Shown here one piece after another: positions 29,444 through 38,336 of a DNA stretch of 64,000 nucleotides. Location: positions 1,568,001-1,632,000 of the forward strand of contig CAWFFN010000005.1 of assembly GCA_963815115.1 (NCBI GenBank). Reading direction: 5' to 3'. The stretch comes from an uncultured delta proteobacterium (GTDB lineage Bacteria > Desulfobacterota > Binatia > DP-6). Numbering within the stretch: position 1 is the first letter of the stretch; every line of letters begins with the position of its first letter. The translations under genes and the position numbers were made by a program. The notes under the pieces are model-generated. The model did no database searches. It had not been told where the DNA came from and saw only the letters and a list, made by a program, of their open reading frames with translations.

Positions 29444-31102
29444 ATGCGTGACATCGCGAACTACGTGCCGGGCCTGGCGGTGCTGCTGGGGATCGCGGTG
29501 CTGGGCGCCGGCTGCAACCAGGTCTTCGGGTTGGACGAGACCACGGAAAGTCCCCAACGTGCCTACACGTGCGACTGCGACTGCACGGGGGGCGGAAAGT
29601 CGTTCGACGTCCACAGCGCGGTCTGCTTCCCGGAGGACCTGAATCCGGCGCTCAATCCCGACCTTCCGTCCGACTTCGAGCCGCCGGCGGCGGCGCTGCA
29701 GGACGACTGCCACACGCGTGTCGAGCGCAACCTCGAGCAGATGGCCCGGCAATGCGTCGCGGACAGGATTCGCTGCTCGTGCGAAGCCACGGTCGGCCTG
29801 GTCGACAGCTTCTTCGACTGCGACACGCACTGCTTCGGGAACGACCTCGCCGCCGATTGCAGCAACTTCGATCCGCAGAACGGGAACGTGACGGCCACCA
29901 ACGTTCCCGGTGAGGAGCCGGTCTGCGTGACCTTCCAGACCGGAAGCATCGTACCGCCCCCGGCGCCGTTCGCCGCCGCGATCCTCGGGAGCACGAGCCA
30001 GTGCCAGGTCGACGGCGCCGTGACGGTCACCCGCGACGGCGACACCCGGACGCCGGCAGCCGGCGGCGTCGTCGAGTTCACCGGAACTCCGTGCCCCGGC
30101 GCGTCGTGCGCCGTCGGCGTGTCGTACCAGCTCGACCACGTCGACGACTTCTCGTTCTCGGGGTTCGCGGGCTTCGCGAGCGTCGAGTTCAAGGACATCA
30201 GCTCGGTCGGCGCGAGCGGCCCCGGGGCGGCGATCGTCGATGCCACGGGTGTCGGAGCCTTCGCGCCGGCGACCATGAGCAACACCGGAAGCGGGCGGCG
30301 GAGCAACCAGGTGCTCGGCGGGGAGGTCAGCAGCGACTCGGCCGCGTACACCGGCGTGAACGGCGCGCCCCTCGGCGTGGTCGTCGACTGGGCGAACCAC
30401 TCGTGCGCGCTGAGCGGCGCCCTCCTGGGATCGCTCGAGGATGCGGACACCGCGGTGGACGTGAACCTTGCGGGCACGATCCTCAACGAGCCCCCCACGG
30501 CCCGTGCCGGCGCCACGCCGCGGACGGTGGAATGCACGTCGCCCGCGGGCGCCGACGTCACGCTCGACGGCAGCGCAACCACCGACCCCGATGACAACAT
30601 CGCGCTGTTCGCCTGGCGCCGCGGCAACCGGGTCGGCCCGGAGGTGGGCGCCGACTCGATCGCGCACGTGACGCAGCCGCTCGGGGGGGCGCAGACCTAC
30701 CTCCTGACGGTCGTCGATACGCTGGGGCAGGCCTCGGCAGACGCGACGGCGGTCACCGTCGTCGACACCACCCCGCCGGCGGTGACGAGCGTGACCGCGT
30801 CGCCGTCGCGTCTCTGGCCGCCGAACCACAAGATGGTGCCGGTCACCGTCACGACCAGCGCGGCCGACGTGTGCGGCGCGGCGAGCTGCGAGATCGCCAG
30901 CGTCACGAGCAACGAGCCAGCGAACGGCCACGGCGACGGCAACACCGCGACCGACTGGGAGATCACCGGTCCGCGCACCGTCAACGTGCGGGCCGAGCGC
31001 TCGGGCGGAGGCGACGGCCGCGTCTACACGCTCACGGTGCGCTGCACCGATCCGACCGGCAATGCGTCGACGGGTACCACGACCGTCACCGTCGCCCACT
31101 AG
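29444..31102 (+). CDS. Cys-rich lipoprotein with PKD/HYR-like and LWPPNHK C-terminal Ig domains (paralog 1)
   Basis: AGGAG RBS, lipobox LGAGC, NEPPTARAG...TLDGSATTDPD, SPSRLWPPNHKM. Confidence 0.85.
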   Translation: MRDIANYVPGLAVLLGIAVLGAGCNQVFGLDETTESPQRAYTCDCDCTGGGKSFDVHSAVCFPEDLNPALNPDLPSDFEPPAAALQDDCHTRVERNLEQMARQCVADRIRCSCEATVGLVDSFFDCDTHCFGNDLAADCSNFDPQNGNVTATNVPGEEPVCVTFQTGSIVPPPAPFAAAILGSTSQCQVDGAVTVTRDGDTRTPAAGGVVEFTGTPCPGASCAVGVSYQLDHVDDFSFSGFAGFASVEFKDISSVGASGPGAAIVDATGVGAFAPATMSNTGSGRRSNQVLGGEVSSDSAAYTGVNGAPLGVVVDWANHSCALSGALLGSLEDADTAVDVNLAGTILNEPPTARAGATPRTVECTSPAGADVTLDGSATTDPDDNIALFAWRRGNRVGPEVGADSIAHVTQPLGGAQTYLLTVVDTLGQASADATAVTVVDTTPPAVTSVTASPSRLWPPNHKMVPVTVTTSAADVCGAASCEIASVTSNEPANGHGDGNTATDWEITGPRTVNVRAERSGGGDGRVYTLTVRCTDPTGNASTGTTTVTVAH

Positions 31103-31113
31103 GGAGAGCGGGA

Positions 31114-32769
31114 ATGAGCGACACGAGCAGGTACGTCGTCGTTCCGGCAGCCCTGCTGTGGCTCGCCGCGCTGAGCAGCGGCTGCGCCCAGCTGGCCGGG
31201 ATCGAGGAGACCACGTGCAGCGTCCGACACGCGTACGCGTGCAAGTGCGCCTGCCGTGGAGATGGACAGTCGTTCAGCCTCGACAGCAACGTCTGCGTGC
31301 CGGAGAGCCTGAATCCGACCCTCAATCCGGCCCTGCCTCCCGACTTCGTGCCCTCGTCCGACCAGCTTCGCGAGGACTGCGAGACGCGCGTCCAGAGCAA
31401 CCTCGAGGACATGGCGCAACAGTGCGTCTCGAACCGGATCACCTGCTCGTGCGCCGGCATCGCCGAGCTGACCACCAGCTGCAACGCGTGCGATTCGCAC
31501 TGCGTCGGCGAGGACCTCGCCCCCGATTGCAGCAACTTCGATCCCCAGGCCGGGGACGTGACGGCCACCAACTTCCCGGGGGACGAGCCGGTGTGCGTGG
31601 TCGGCGCGCCCGGCAGCGCGCTGCCGCCGGCGCCATTCGCATCGGCGATCTTCGGGCACACCAGCGAGTGCCAGCTCGACGGCGGCGTGAGCGTCACCCG
31701 TGACGGCGAGACCGAGACCCCCGCGGCCAGTGGCGTTGCCGAGTTCACGGGGACGCCGTGCCCCGGGGCGTCGTGCGCCGTCGGCGTGTCGTACAGCCTC
31801 GACCACGTCGACAACTTCTCGTTCGACGGGTTCGGGGGGTTTGCCAGCGTCGAGTTCAAGGACATCACTGCGGCCGGCACCAGCGCACCCGGGACGGCAG
31901 TCGTCGACGCCTCGGGCGTCGGAGCGCTGCCGGTTGCGACCACGAGCAACAACGGCGCCGGGCGCCGCAGCAACCAGGTCCTGGGTGGCGAGGTCAGCAG
32001 CGCATCCGCCAGCTACACGGGCACGAACGGCGCGCCCCTCGACGTCCGCGTCGATTGGGTGAATCACTCGTGTGCGCTGAGCGGCGCCGTCCTGGGATCG
32101 ATCGAGGACGCGGACACCATCGTCGGCGTCGATCTGACCGGCACGATCCTCAACGAGCCGCCGACGGCGAACGCCGGCGCCACGCCGCGGACCGTGGAGT
32201 GCACGTCGGCCGCCGGCGCGAACGTCACGCTCGACGGCAGCGCGACCAGAGACCCCGAGGACAACATCGCGCTGTTCACCTGGCGCCAGGGCTCCCGGAT
32301 CGGCCCGGAGCTCGGCGGCGATCCCGTCGTGCACGTGGCGCAGCCGCTCGGAACGGCGCAGGCATACGTGCTCTCGGTCGTCGATGCGCTGGGACAGGCG
32401 TCCGAGGACGTGACCGCGGTCGCCGTCGCCGACACCACCCCGCCGACGATCACGGGCGTGACCGCCTCGCCGTCGCGTCTCTGGCCGCCCAATCACAAGA
32501 TGGTGCCAGTCAGCGTGACGACGGCAGCGGCCGACGTGTGCGGTGCGGCGAGCTGTGAGATCGCCAGCGTCACGAGCAACGAGCCGGCGAACGGCCACGG
32601 CGACGGCAATACCGCGGCCGACTGGCAGATCACGGGACCGACGACGGTCAACGTGCGCGCGGAGCGCTCGGGCGGCGGCGATGGCCGGGTCTACACGTTG
32701 ACCGTCCGCTGCACGGATCCGGCCGGCAACGCGTCCACGGGCTCCACGACGGTGACGGTCGCCCACTGA
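31114..32769 (+). CDS. Cys-rich lipoprotein (paralog 2, tandem duplicate)
   Basis: Lipobox LSSGC; colinear with paralog 1 over the full length. Confidence 0.85.
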   Translation: MSDTSRYVVVPAALLWLAALSSGCAQLAGIEETTCSVRHAYACKCACRGDGQSFSLDSNVCVPESLNPTLNPALPPDFVPSSDQLREDCETRVQSNLEDMAQQCVSNRITCSCAGIAELTTSCNACDSHCVGEDLAPDCSNFDPQAGDVTATNFPGDEPVCVVGAPGSALPPAPFASAIFGHTSECQLDGGVSVTRDGETETPAASGVAEFTGTPCPGASCAVGVSYSLDHVDNFSFDGFGGFASVEFKDITAAGTSAPGTAVVDASGVGALPVATTSNNGAGRRSNQVLGGEVSSASASYTGTNGAPLDVRVDWVNHSCALSGAVLGSIEDADTIVGVDLTGTILNEPPTANAGATPRTVECTSAAGANVTLDGSATRDPEDNIALFTWRQGSRIGPELGGDPVVHVAQPLGTAQAYVLSVVDALGQASEDVTAVAVADTTPPTITGVTASPSRLWPPNHKMVPVSVTTAAADVCGAASCEIASVTSNEPANGHGDGNTAADWQITGPTTVNVRAERSGGGDGRVYTLTVRCTDPAGNASTGSTTVTVAH

Positions 32770-32770
32770 G

Positions 32771-33769
32771 TCAGGGCTCGACGATCACCCGTCCGTTCAT
32801 CGGGAAGTCCCACGTGTTGCCGTAGTCGAACGTGCCGGGATCGGGAAACGTGTGCTCGAAGACGGTCCCGGACAGCACCCGGTCGTTCGCGGGATGTGCG
32901 TCACAGCCCGGGTAGCAGAACACGTCGTCCGCGCCTCGACCCGGCTCGCTCACGAGGTCGTACCCGCTTCCCTCCCACACCCATCGCACGGTGTCACCGG
33001 CCCGGATGCGAACCGTGTCGGGATCGAAGCGGATGCCGCCGCCGGCGCCGACGATGACCGTCGGGTTGACGGAGATGCCCGGAAGCGTCGTCGTGGTGGT
33101 CGACGGGGGCTCGTCCGGGCACGGCGTGGTCCGTGGCAAGCACTCGAGGACGATCGTGTCGTGGTCGCGGGCGGGACTGACCCCCCGCGCCGCGAACGCG
33201 TCGAGGGAGATCTCGAGCCTGCCGGGAAACTTCCGGCCGTCCTTCGTGACTCGACCCTGCACATCCATCCCGATGGGCTGGCCGCAGCTGGGCCCGGACC
33301 GCTGCTCCCAGGGGAGGGCGGTGGTCAAGAGCGAGCGCCGCGGGATGTAGTCGGGCTCGAAGTCCCGGCCGGGTATCCCGAGGCGCCGCACCTGATGAAA
33401 TAGTGCCCGCAGCGGGGCAGGCGAGCAGGCGGGGAGATCCGGGTTGGTCTGTCCCGCGCAGACGGCGACGAAGAACTCGCATGAGTTGTTTCCGCAGGCG
33501 GGCCGGCCGCCATAGGGGAACTGGTCCAGGCGATCTGAATCGCACGGGTCGCCGTCGGTGCAGGAGACGATGCGCCTGCCCTTCACCTGCGGGCCTGGGC
33601 CGTCGATCTGCGCGACGTAGAGCTGCGTGTAGCAGTCGGAGCGCTCGGGGCCGCCACCCGGGATGAAGCCCGCCCCGGCGAGCGGCCGGTCCCAGGTCGC
33701 CGCGACGGTCGACACCGTCACCGCCGCGAGCCATCCGGACAACGAGATGCGGCGAGCCTCGTGTGTCAT
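32771..33769 (-). CDS. Secreted Cys-rich protein with C-terminal cupredoxin-like domain
   Basis: Signal peptide, Cys-rich N-domain, STTTTT linker, FDPDTVRIRAGDTVRWVW...FEHTFPDPGTFDY. Confidence 0.8.
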   Translation of the reverse strand: MTHEARRISLSGWLAAVTVSTVAATWDRPLAGAGFIPGGGPERSDCYTQLYVAQIDGPGPQVKGRRIVSCTDGDPCDSDRLDQFPYGGRPACGNNSCEFFVAVCAGQTNPDLPACSPAPLRALFHQVRRLGIPGRDFEPDYIPRRSLLTTALPWEQRSGPSCGQPIGMDVQGRVTKDGRKFPGRLEISLDAFAARGVSPARDHDTIVLECLPRTTPCPDEPPSTTTTTLPGISVNPTVIVGAGGGIRFDPDTVRIRAGDTVRWVWEGSGYDLVSEPGRGADDVFCYPGCDAHPANDRVLSGTVFEHTFPDPGTFDYGNTWDFPMNGRVIVEP

Positions 33770-33782
33770 GGACTTGCGAGGA

Positions 33783-33798
33783 AGCAAGCCACGTGCCG
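33783..33798 (-). promoter_or_regulatory. Putative sigma-54 promoter
   Basis: CGGCACGTGGCTTGCT (GG-N10-GC; consensus TGGCACGnnnnTTGCW) just upstream of ATG 33769. Confidence 0.6.
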
Positions 33799-33970
33799 CG
33801 TCGACCGATGCCGCGTCGGCCGCGAGCGGAGGGGCCTTCGTACGACCTTCGGGCGTCCCGTGGCCCATGAGTCAGAGGGGGCCGCGCAGGCGGGCAGGAA
33901 CAATGCATTCGAGCGACGACCGCCGGGGCGCGCTGGCTTCGGCGCGGTGGCGTGGTCAGTATCGTTCGCC

Positions 33971-35635
33971 ATGGCCACCGCGGCACCCGGGGTCGAACGC
34001 CCCGAACAGACGTTTCCGACGTTGTCGCCGGATCAGATCGCGCGCATCGCGCGCCACGGCACCCGGCGTCGCGTGCATCGCGGGGAGTTGCTGTTCGACC
34101 AGGGTACGGAGAACGTATCGTTCTACGTGATCCTCTCGGGGGCGCTCGCGGTCGTCCGCCCCCACAAGGACACCGAGGATCTGATCGTCGTGCATGGCGC
34201 GGGTCAGTTCACCGGCGAGACCACCCTGCTCACCGGCCGTCGCAGCCTCGCCCGCGGGCGAGTCGTCGAGGACGGCGAGGTGCTCGAGCTCGGCGTCGAT
34301 GCGCTGCGCGCGCTCGTACAAAGCGACTCCGAGCTGAGCGAGCTCCTGATGCGCGCCTTCATCCTCCGTCGCGTCAGCCTCATCAAGGAGGGTTGGGGCG
34401 ACGTGGTGCTGATCGGCTCGCATTTTTCGCCGAGCACGCTCCGCGTGCGCGAGTTTCTCATTCGCAACGGGCACCCGTACAAGTACATCGACGTCGAGCG
34501 CGACGCCGAGGCGGAGAAATTCCTCGACAAGCTCGGCATCGGCGTCGAGCAGGTCCCGGTGGTGATCTGCCGGGGCGAAGTCGTCCTGCGCAACCCGACC
34601 CTCGAGGAGGTGGCCGACTGCCTCGGCTTCAACGCCTCCATCGACGTCGGTGTGGTGCGTGATCTCCTGATCGTCGGCGCCGGGCCCGCCGGACTGGCGG
34701 CCGCCGTGTATGGCGCGTCCGAGGGCCTCGACGTCCTCGTACTCGAGACCCATGCCCCTGGCGGCCAGGCTGGCTCGAGCTCGAAGATCGAGAACTACCT
34801 CGGTTTCCCCCGGGGCATCTCCGGTCAGGACCTGGCGGGGCGCGCGTTCACGCAGGCGGAGAAGTTCGGCGCCAGCGTGGCCATCGCGCGCTCGGCGACG
34901 AAGCTGCTCTGCGAGAAGAAGCCGTTCGCCGTGCGGCTCTCCACGGGCGACGTCGTGCACGGGCGGGCGGTGATCGTCGCGTCGGGAGCGCAGTACCGCA
35001 AGCTGTCCCTCGACCGGCTGGCCGACTTCGAGGGCGCCGGCGTGTACTACGCGGCGTCTCCCGTGGAAGCGCAGATCTGCGGGGGCGAGGAGGTGATCGT
35101 GGTCGGGGGCGGGAACTCCGCGGGGCAGGCCGCCGTCTTTCTCGCCGGCACCGCCCAGCACGTGCACATGCTGGTACGCTCGGAAGGCCTGGCCGACAGC
35201 ATGTCGCGCTACCTCATTCGCCGGATCGAGCAGAGTCCTCGTATCACGCTGCGCACGCGGACCGAGATCGAGGCACTCGAGGGCGAGACGCACCTCGAAC
35301 GCGTGCGCTGGCGCTCCTCGGCCACGGGCGAGGTCGAGACCCGCCCGATCCGACACCTGTTCTCCATGACCGGCGCCGCTCCCAACACCGTGTGGGTCGG
35401 GGGCTGTCTGGCGCTCGACGACAAGGGATTCGTGAAGGCCGGCCCCGACATCGGCCCCGACGAGCTCGCCACGGCCCGCTGGCCGCTGGAACGCGCACCC
35501 TATCTGCTGGAGTCGAGCGTCCCGGGCATCTTCGTGGTCGGGGACGCCCGCGCCGGCAGCATCAAGCGGGTGGCGTCGGCGGTCGGCGAGGGCTCGATCT
35601 GCGTGCAGCTCGTGCACAAGACTCTTGCCGAGTGA
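33971..35635 (+). CDS. cNMP-binding domain + thioredoxin reductase-like FAD oxidoreductase
   Basis: CNB GQFTGE; GAGPAG, GGQAGSSSKIENYLGFP, GGGNSAGQAA, KRVASAVGEG. Confidence 0.92.
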   Translation: MATAAPGVERPEQTFPTLSPDQIARIARHGTRRRVHRGELLFDQGTENVSFYVILSGALAVVRPHKDTEDLIVVHGAGQFTGETTLLTGRRSLARGRVVEDGEVLELGVDALRALVQSDSELSELLMRAFILRRVSLIKEGWGDVVLIGSHFSPSTLRVREFLIRNGHPYKYIDVERDAEAEKFLDKLGIGVEQVPVVICRGEVVLRNPTLEEVADCLGFNASIDVGVVRDLLIVGAGPAGLAAAVYGASEGLDVLVLETHAPGGQAGSSSKIENYLGFPRGISGQDLAGRAFTQAEKFGASVAIARSATKLLCEKKPFAVRLSTGDVVHGRAVIVASGAQYRKLSLDRLADFEGAGVYYAASPVEAQICGGEEVIVVGGGNSAGQAAVFLAGTAQHVHMLVRSEGLADSMSRYLIRRIEQSPRITLRTRTEIEALEGETHLERVRWRSSATGEVETRPIRHLFSMTGAAPNTVWVGGCLALDDKGFVKAGPDIGPDELATARWPLERAPYLLESSVPGIFVVGDARAGSIKRVASAVGEGSICVQLVHKTLAE

Positions 35636-35810
35636 CGTGCTCGTGGGACGCGACAGCGACCCCTTCGCGCTCCCACGTGTCGGGGTCCCCGACGGCGATG
35701 GCACCTCCCTCGAGCACATGGTGAACGGTCAGCTCTCGGGACCACGGCCATAGTGCGCAAGAGGGCGTGCCCTCGATACCGTCGAGGAGCCCGATGCCGA
35801 GCGCGAACCC

Positions 35811-36260
35811 TCATGGCGCGAGCAGGCGGGAGCCCTGGCGGCGCCGGCGCTCGCTGCGCACGCGGACGTCGATCCCGCGCCGTGCCAGGGAAGCCAGGCG
35901 CCTGCGGACGGCGGCGATGACGAAGGACGGAGTGCTGCGCGCGACGACCACATCGAGCCGCGTACCGCGTCCCGCTCGCTGGGCGTCGTCGATCAGGACC
36001 TGCAGGGTGTAGGGATCGAGGCGAAAGACGCGTCCGAGCCGAGGGCCTCCTGTCCGGGCGGAGCCCAGCCAGGCGCGCGCGCGGAGCGGCGGCACGTCCG
36101 GCTCGCCGGCGAGGTGGTCGATGTCGGACAGGTAGCCGACGAGCTGGTCGGGATGCATGCCCAGAGTCCGCGCGACGAGCTCGCGGAGCCGGTTCTCCAG
36201 GGCCGAGATCGGGGGACGTGTGGTGGAGATCGAGTTCGCCGAGGGGGACGACGGCGTCAT
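35811..36260 (-). CDS. Hypothetical protein
   Basis: AAGGAG RBS and coding-like codon bias; no recognisable motif. Confidence 0.6.
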   Translation of the reverse strand: MTPSSPSANSISTTRPPISALENRLRELVARTLGMHPDQLVGYLSDIDHLAGEPDVPPLRARAWLGSARTGGPRLGRVFRLDPYTLQVLIDDAQRAGRGTRLDVVVARSTPSFVIAAVRRRLASLARRGIDVRVRSERRRRQGSRLLAP

Positions 36261-36676
36261 GAGAAAGCTCCTTGCTTGGATGGCCGGCTCCGGCTCTGCC
36301 GGTGGACGGCCAGGTGGCTGTCACCGCCCGTTGACGGGCGGCAGGTCGCGATTCGCCCGGGTCGCGCCCGGCGTGGAGTCGCTCAGCAGCGGGAGAGAAC
36401 ACGCAAGGCTGCGACGCCACCGACCCGGGACCGCTCCCAGGCGCTGCTACAGCAGCATCGTCGCGCACTCGCGTTCGTCATTCCGATGTCGTTCCACCAT
36501 CGCGGCGCGGACCTGTCAAGGGATCAGGGCCCGGCCTCCGCTCGCAACGCGAGGTCTCGCCGGGATTGCCCCTGGCTCTCGCGCCTCCCGAGAGGTAGAT
36601 CGGGGTCGAACGAGAGTTCCTGTCGCTGACCGGACGGACCGGAGGCGGGTCGATCCTCACCACGGAGGAGCACACA

Positions 36677-36864
36677 ATGATTCCCCGTCCGCCGTCGCGC
36701 ACCCTGATGGTCGCTTCGCTCGCGGTCCTCCTGGGCTGCACACCGTCCGTGGCGCCGTTGCCCGCCGCCCCACCGCAGGGGGTGCGGGAGATCGCGATCA
36801 AGAAGCCGACGAACGCGAGCGGCCGCGACCTGGTGGTGAGGGTAACTGATTGCCGGAGTGCGCC
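36677..36864 (+). pseudogene. Truncated lipoprotein gene
   Basis: GGAGGAG RBS and lipobox LLGC. After about 55 codons the frame runs antisense into the neighbouring gene. Confidence 0.5.
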
Positions 36865-38108
36865 TCAGCGTGACGGCGCCACGGACCGGAACGCGAACCT
36901 CGCCGTGTTCGTCCCCGAGACCATGGCGACCTCCGGCGGCGTCTCGGCCGACGCGGTCCGGCCGTCGATGAGAACGTCCCAGGCGAGCCGCTCCGCGCCG
37001 GTCGGGGTCGCCGGGACGCAACGCGCGCGCGGGTTCACCGCCTGCGCCATGGCGTCGAGGCCGGGATGCGCGACGCCGTCCAGGAGCGCGCTCCAGGTGT
37101 AGCCGTCACCCTCGCGCAGGGCCTCGCAGTCCTCGAGACCGATCCGCACGCGCTCTCCCGCGACGGCGACCCGGACGCCGGAGTATCCCGGCACAAACGC
37201 CGGGTGCAGGCGGAGGACGGCGGCGATCGCCTCCACGCCGTCGCCGGGGCTCGCCAGGACCCGGTGCAGCCGGGCGGCCGCGACGGCTCCGGCGCCGATC
37301 CACTGCTTGATGGCGATGTCGCGCGCGACGGCGTCTCCCGCCCGCTCCGCCACCGCGATCATGAGCGAGCGGATCAGCAAATGGTCCTGCACGAGGAACT
37401 CGCGGCACACGCCCACCAGCGCGGCCCGCGACAGATGCTCGAGCCGGAACCCCGGGTCGAACGGGCCAGCGGTAGTCGTCCCGCCCGCCGGTTGCATCCG
37501 TGGGCGGCGCGGCAAACAAGATGCGCGCGAGCCGCGACTCGCTCACGCGCCGGGTGATCGCGGCCTCGCGGAGCGGCTCGGCGTCGCCATCGACGAACAC
37601 CTCCCAGCGGCAGTGCGGCACGCGATCGGCCGGCGTCCGCGGCGGACGATGGATGGGGCGGCAGCGGGCGCGCGGGTTGGTCGCGACCGCGCTGGCATCG
37701 AACGTGGGATCCTCGATGGCGTGGCACATCGAGCGCACCGCCGCCTCGCCGTACTGCTCGACCTCGAGGAGCGCGCCGCAGCTCATGAGCCAGAACGTGC
37801 CGCGCTCGTCGCTCTCGAGGTCGTAGTGCACGTCCATGTACTGGTGCGGAAACCCGACGTCGAGCTGGAAGCCCTTGAAGATCGTGCTCACGCCGGTCGC
37901 CGGTGAAATCCATGCGGGCCTGCATCCGGCGGGTGTAGACCGGGCTGGCGCCCATCCACTCCTCGATCGCGACGGCTTCGCGTGCCTCCGCGCCGACCTG
38001 GAAGTGCACGTGCGGGAGAGCGGCCCGATTGAGGAGATGGCCGAACAGCATGTACTCGCGACCGAGCGTCGCGAGCTCGCCGCGGGACAGCTCGTCGAGC
38101 GTGCGCAT
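36865..38108 (-). pseudogene. Conserved hypothetical two-repeat protein (actinobacterial-type) split by two +1 frameshifts
   Basis: Continuous protein MRTLDELSR...WMGASPVYTRRMQ...GFPHQYMD...IEDPTFDA...GPFDPGF, obtained by removing one C near 37896 and one near 37471. Confidence 0.75.
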
Positions 38109-38264
38109 GCCGCGCGCGTAGCAGGGAACTCCCGGCGGGTACAACGCGCGCGGCGTCAGGGCCGTGGCTCGACGGGCAACGCGCCGCGACCGTGGCAACG
38201 TCTTGTTGCCGGCAAGCGCTCGGCGTTTCGCGTGCAAGTCTTCGTTCGTGCTCGCTTTCGTCCG

Positions 38265-38280
38265 GGGCACGGGAGTTGCG
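38265..38280 (+). promoter_or_regulatory. Putative sigma-54 promoter
   Basis: GGGCACGGGAGTTGCG (GG-N10-GC) about 57 nt upstream of ATG 38337. Confidence 0.5.
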
Positions 38281-38336
38281 TTGTGCTCTTTCCGCCCGCC
38301 CGGGCGATCCGGCCGCGGCAGAAGGAGAAACAGGAC

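Noticed and set aside
38192-38209. TGGCAAC...TTGC here (and 48556-48573) as sigma-54 promoters
   Set aside because: GG-to-GC spacing is 12 nt instead of the required 10.
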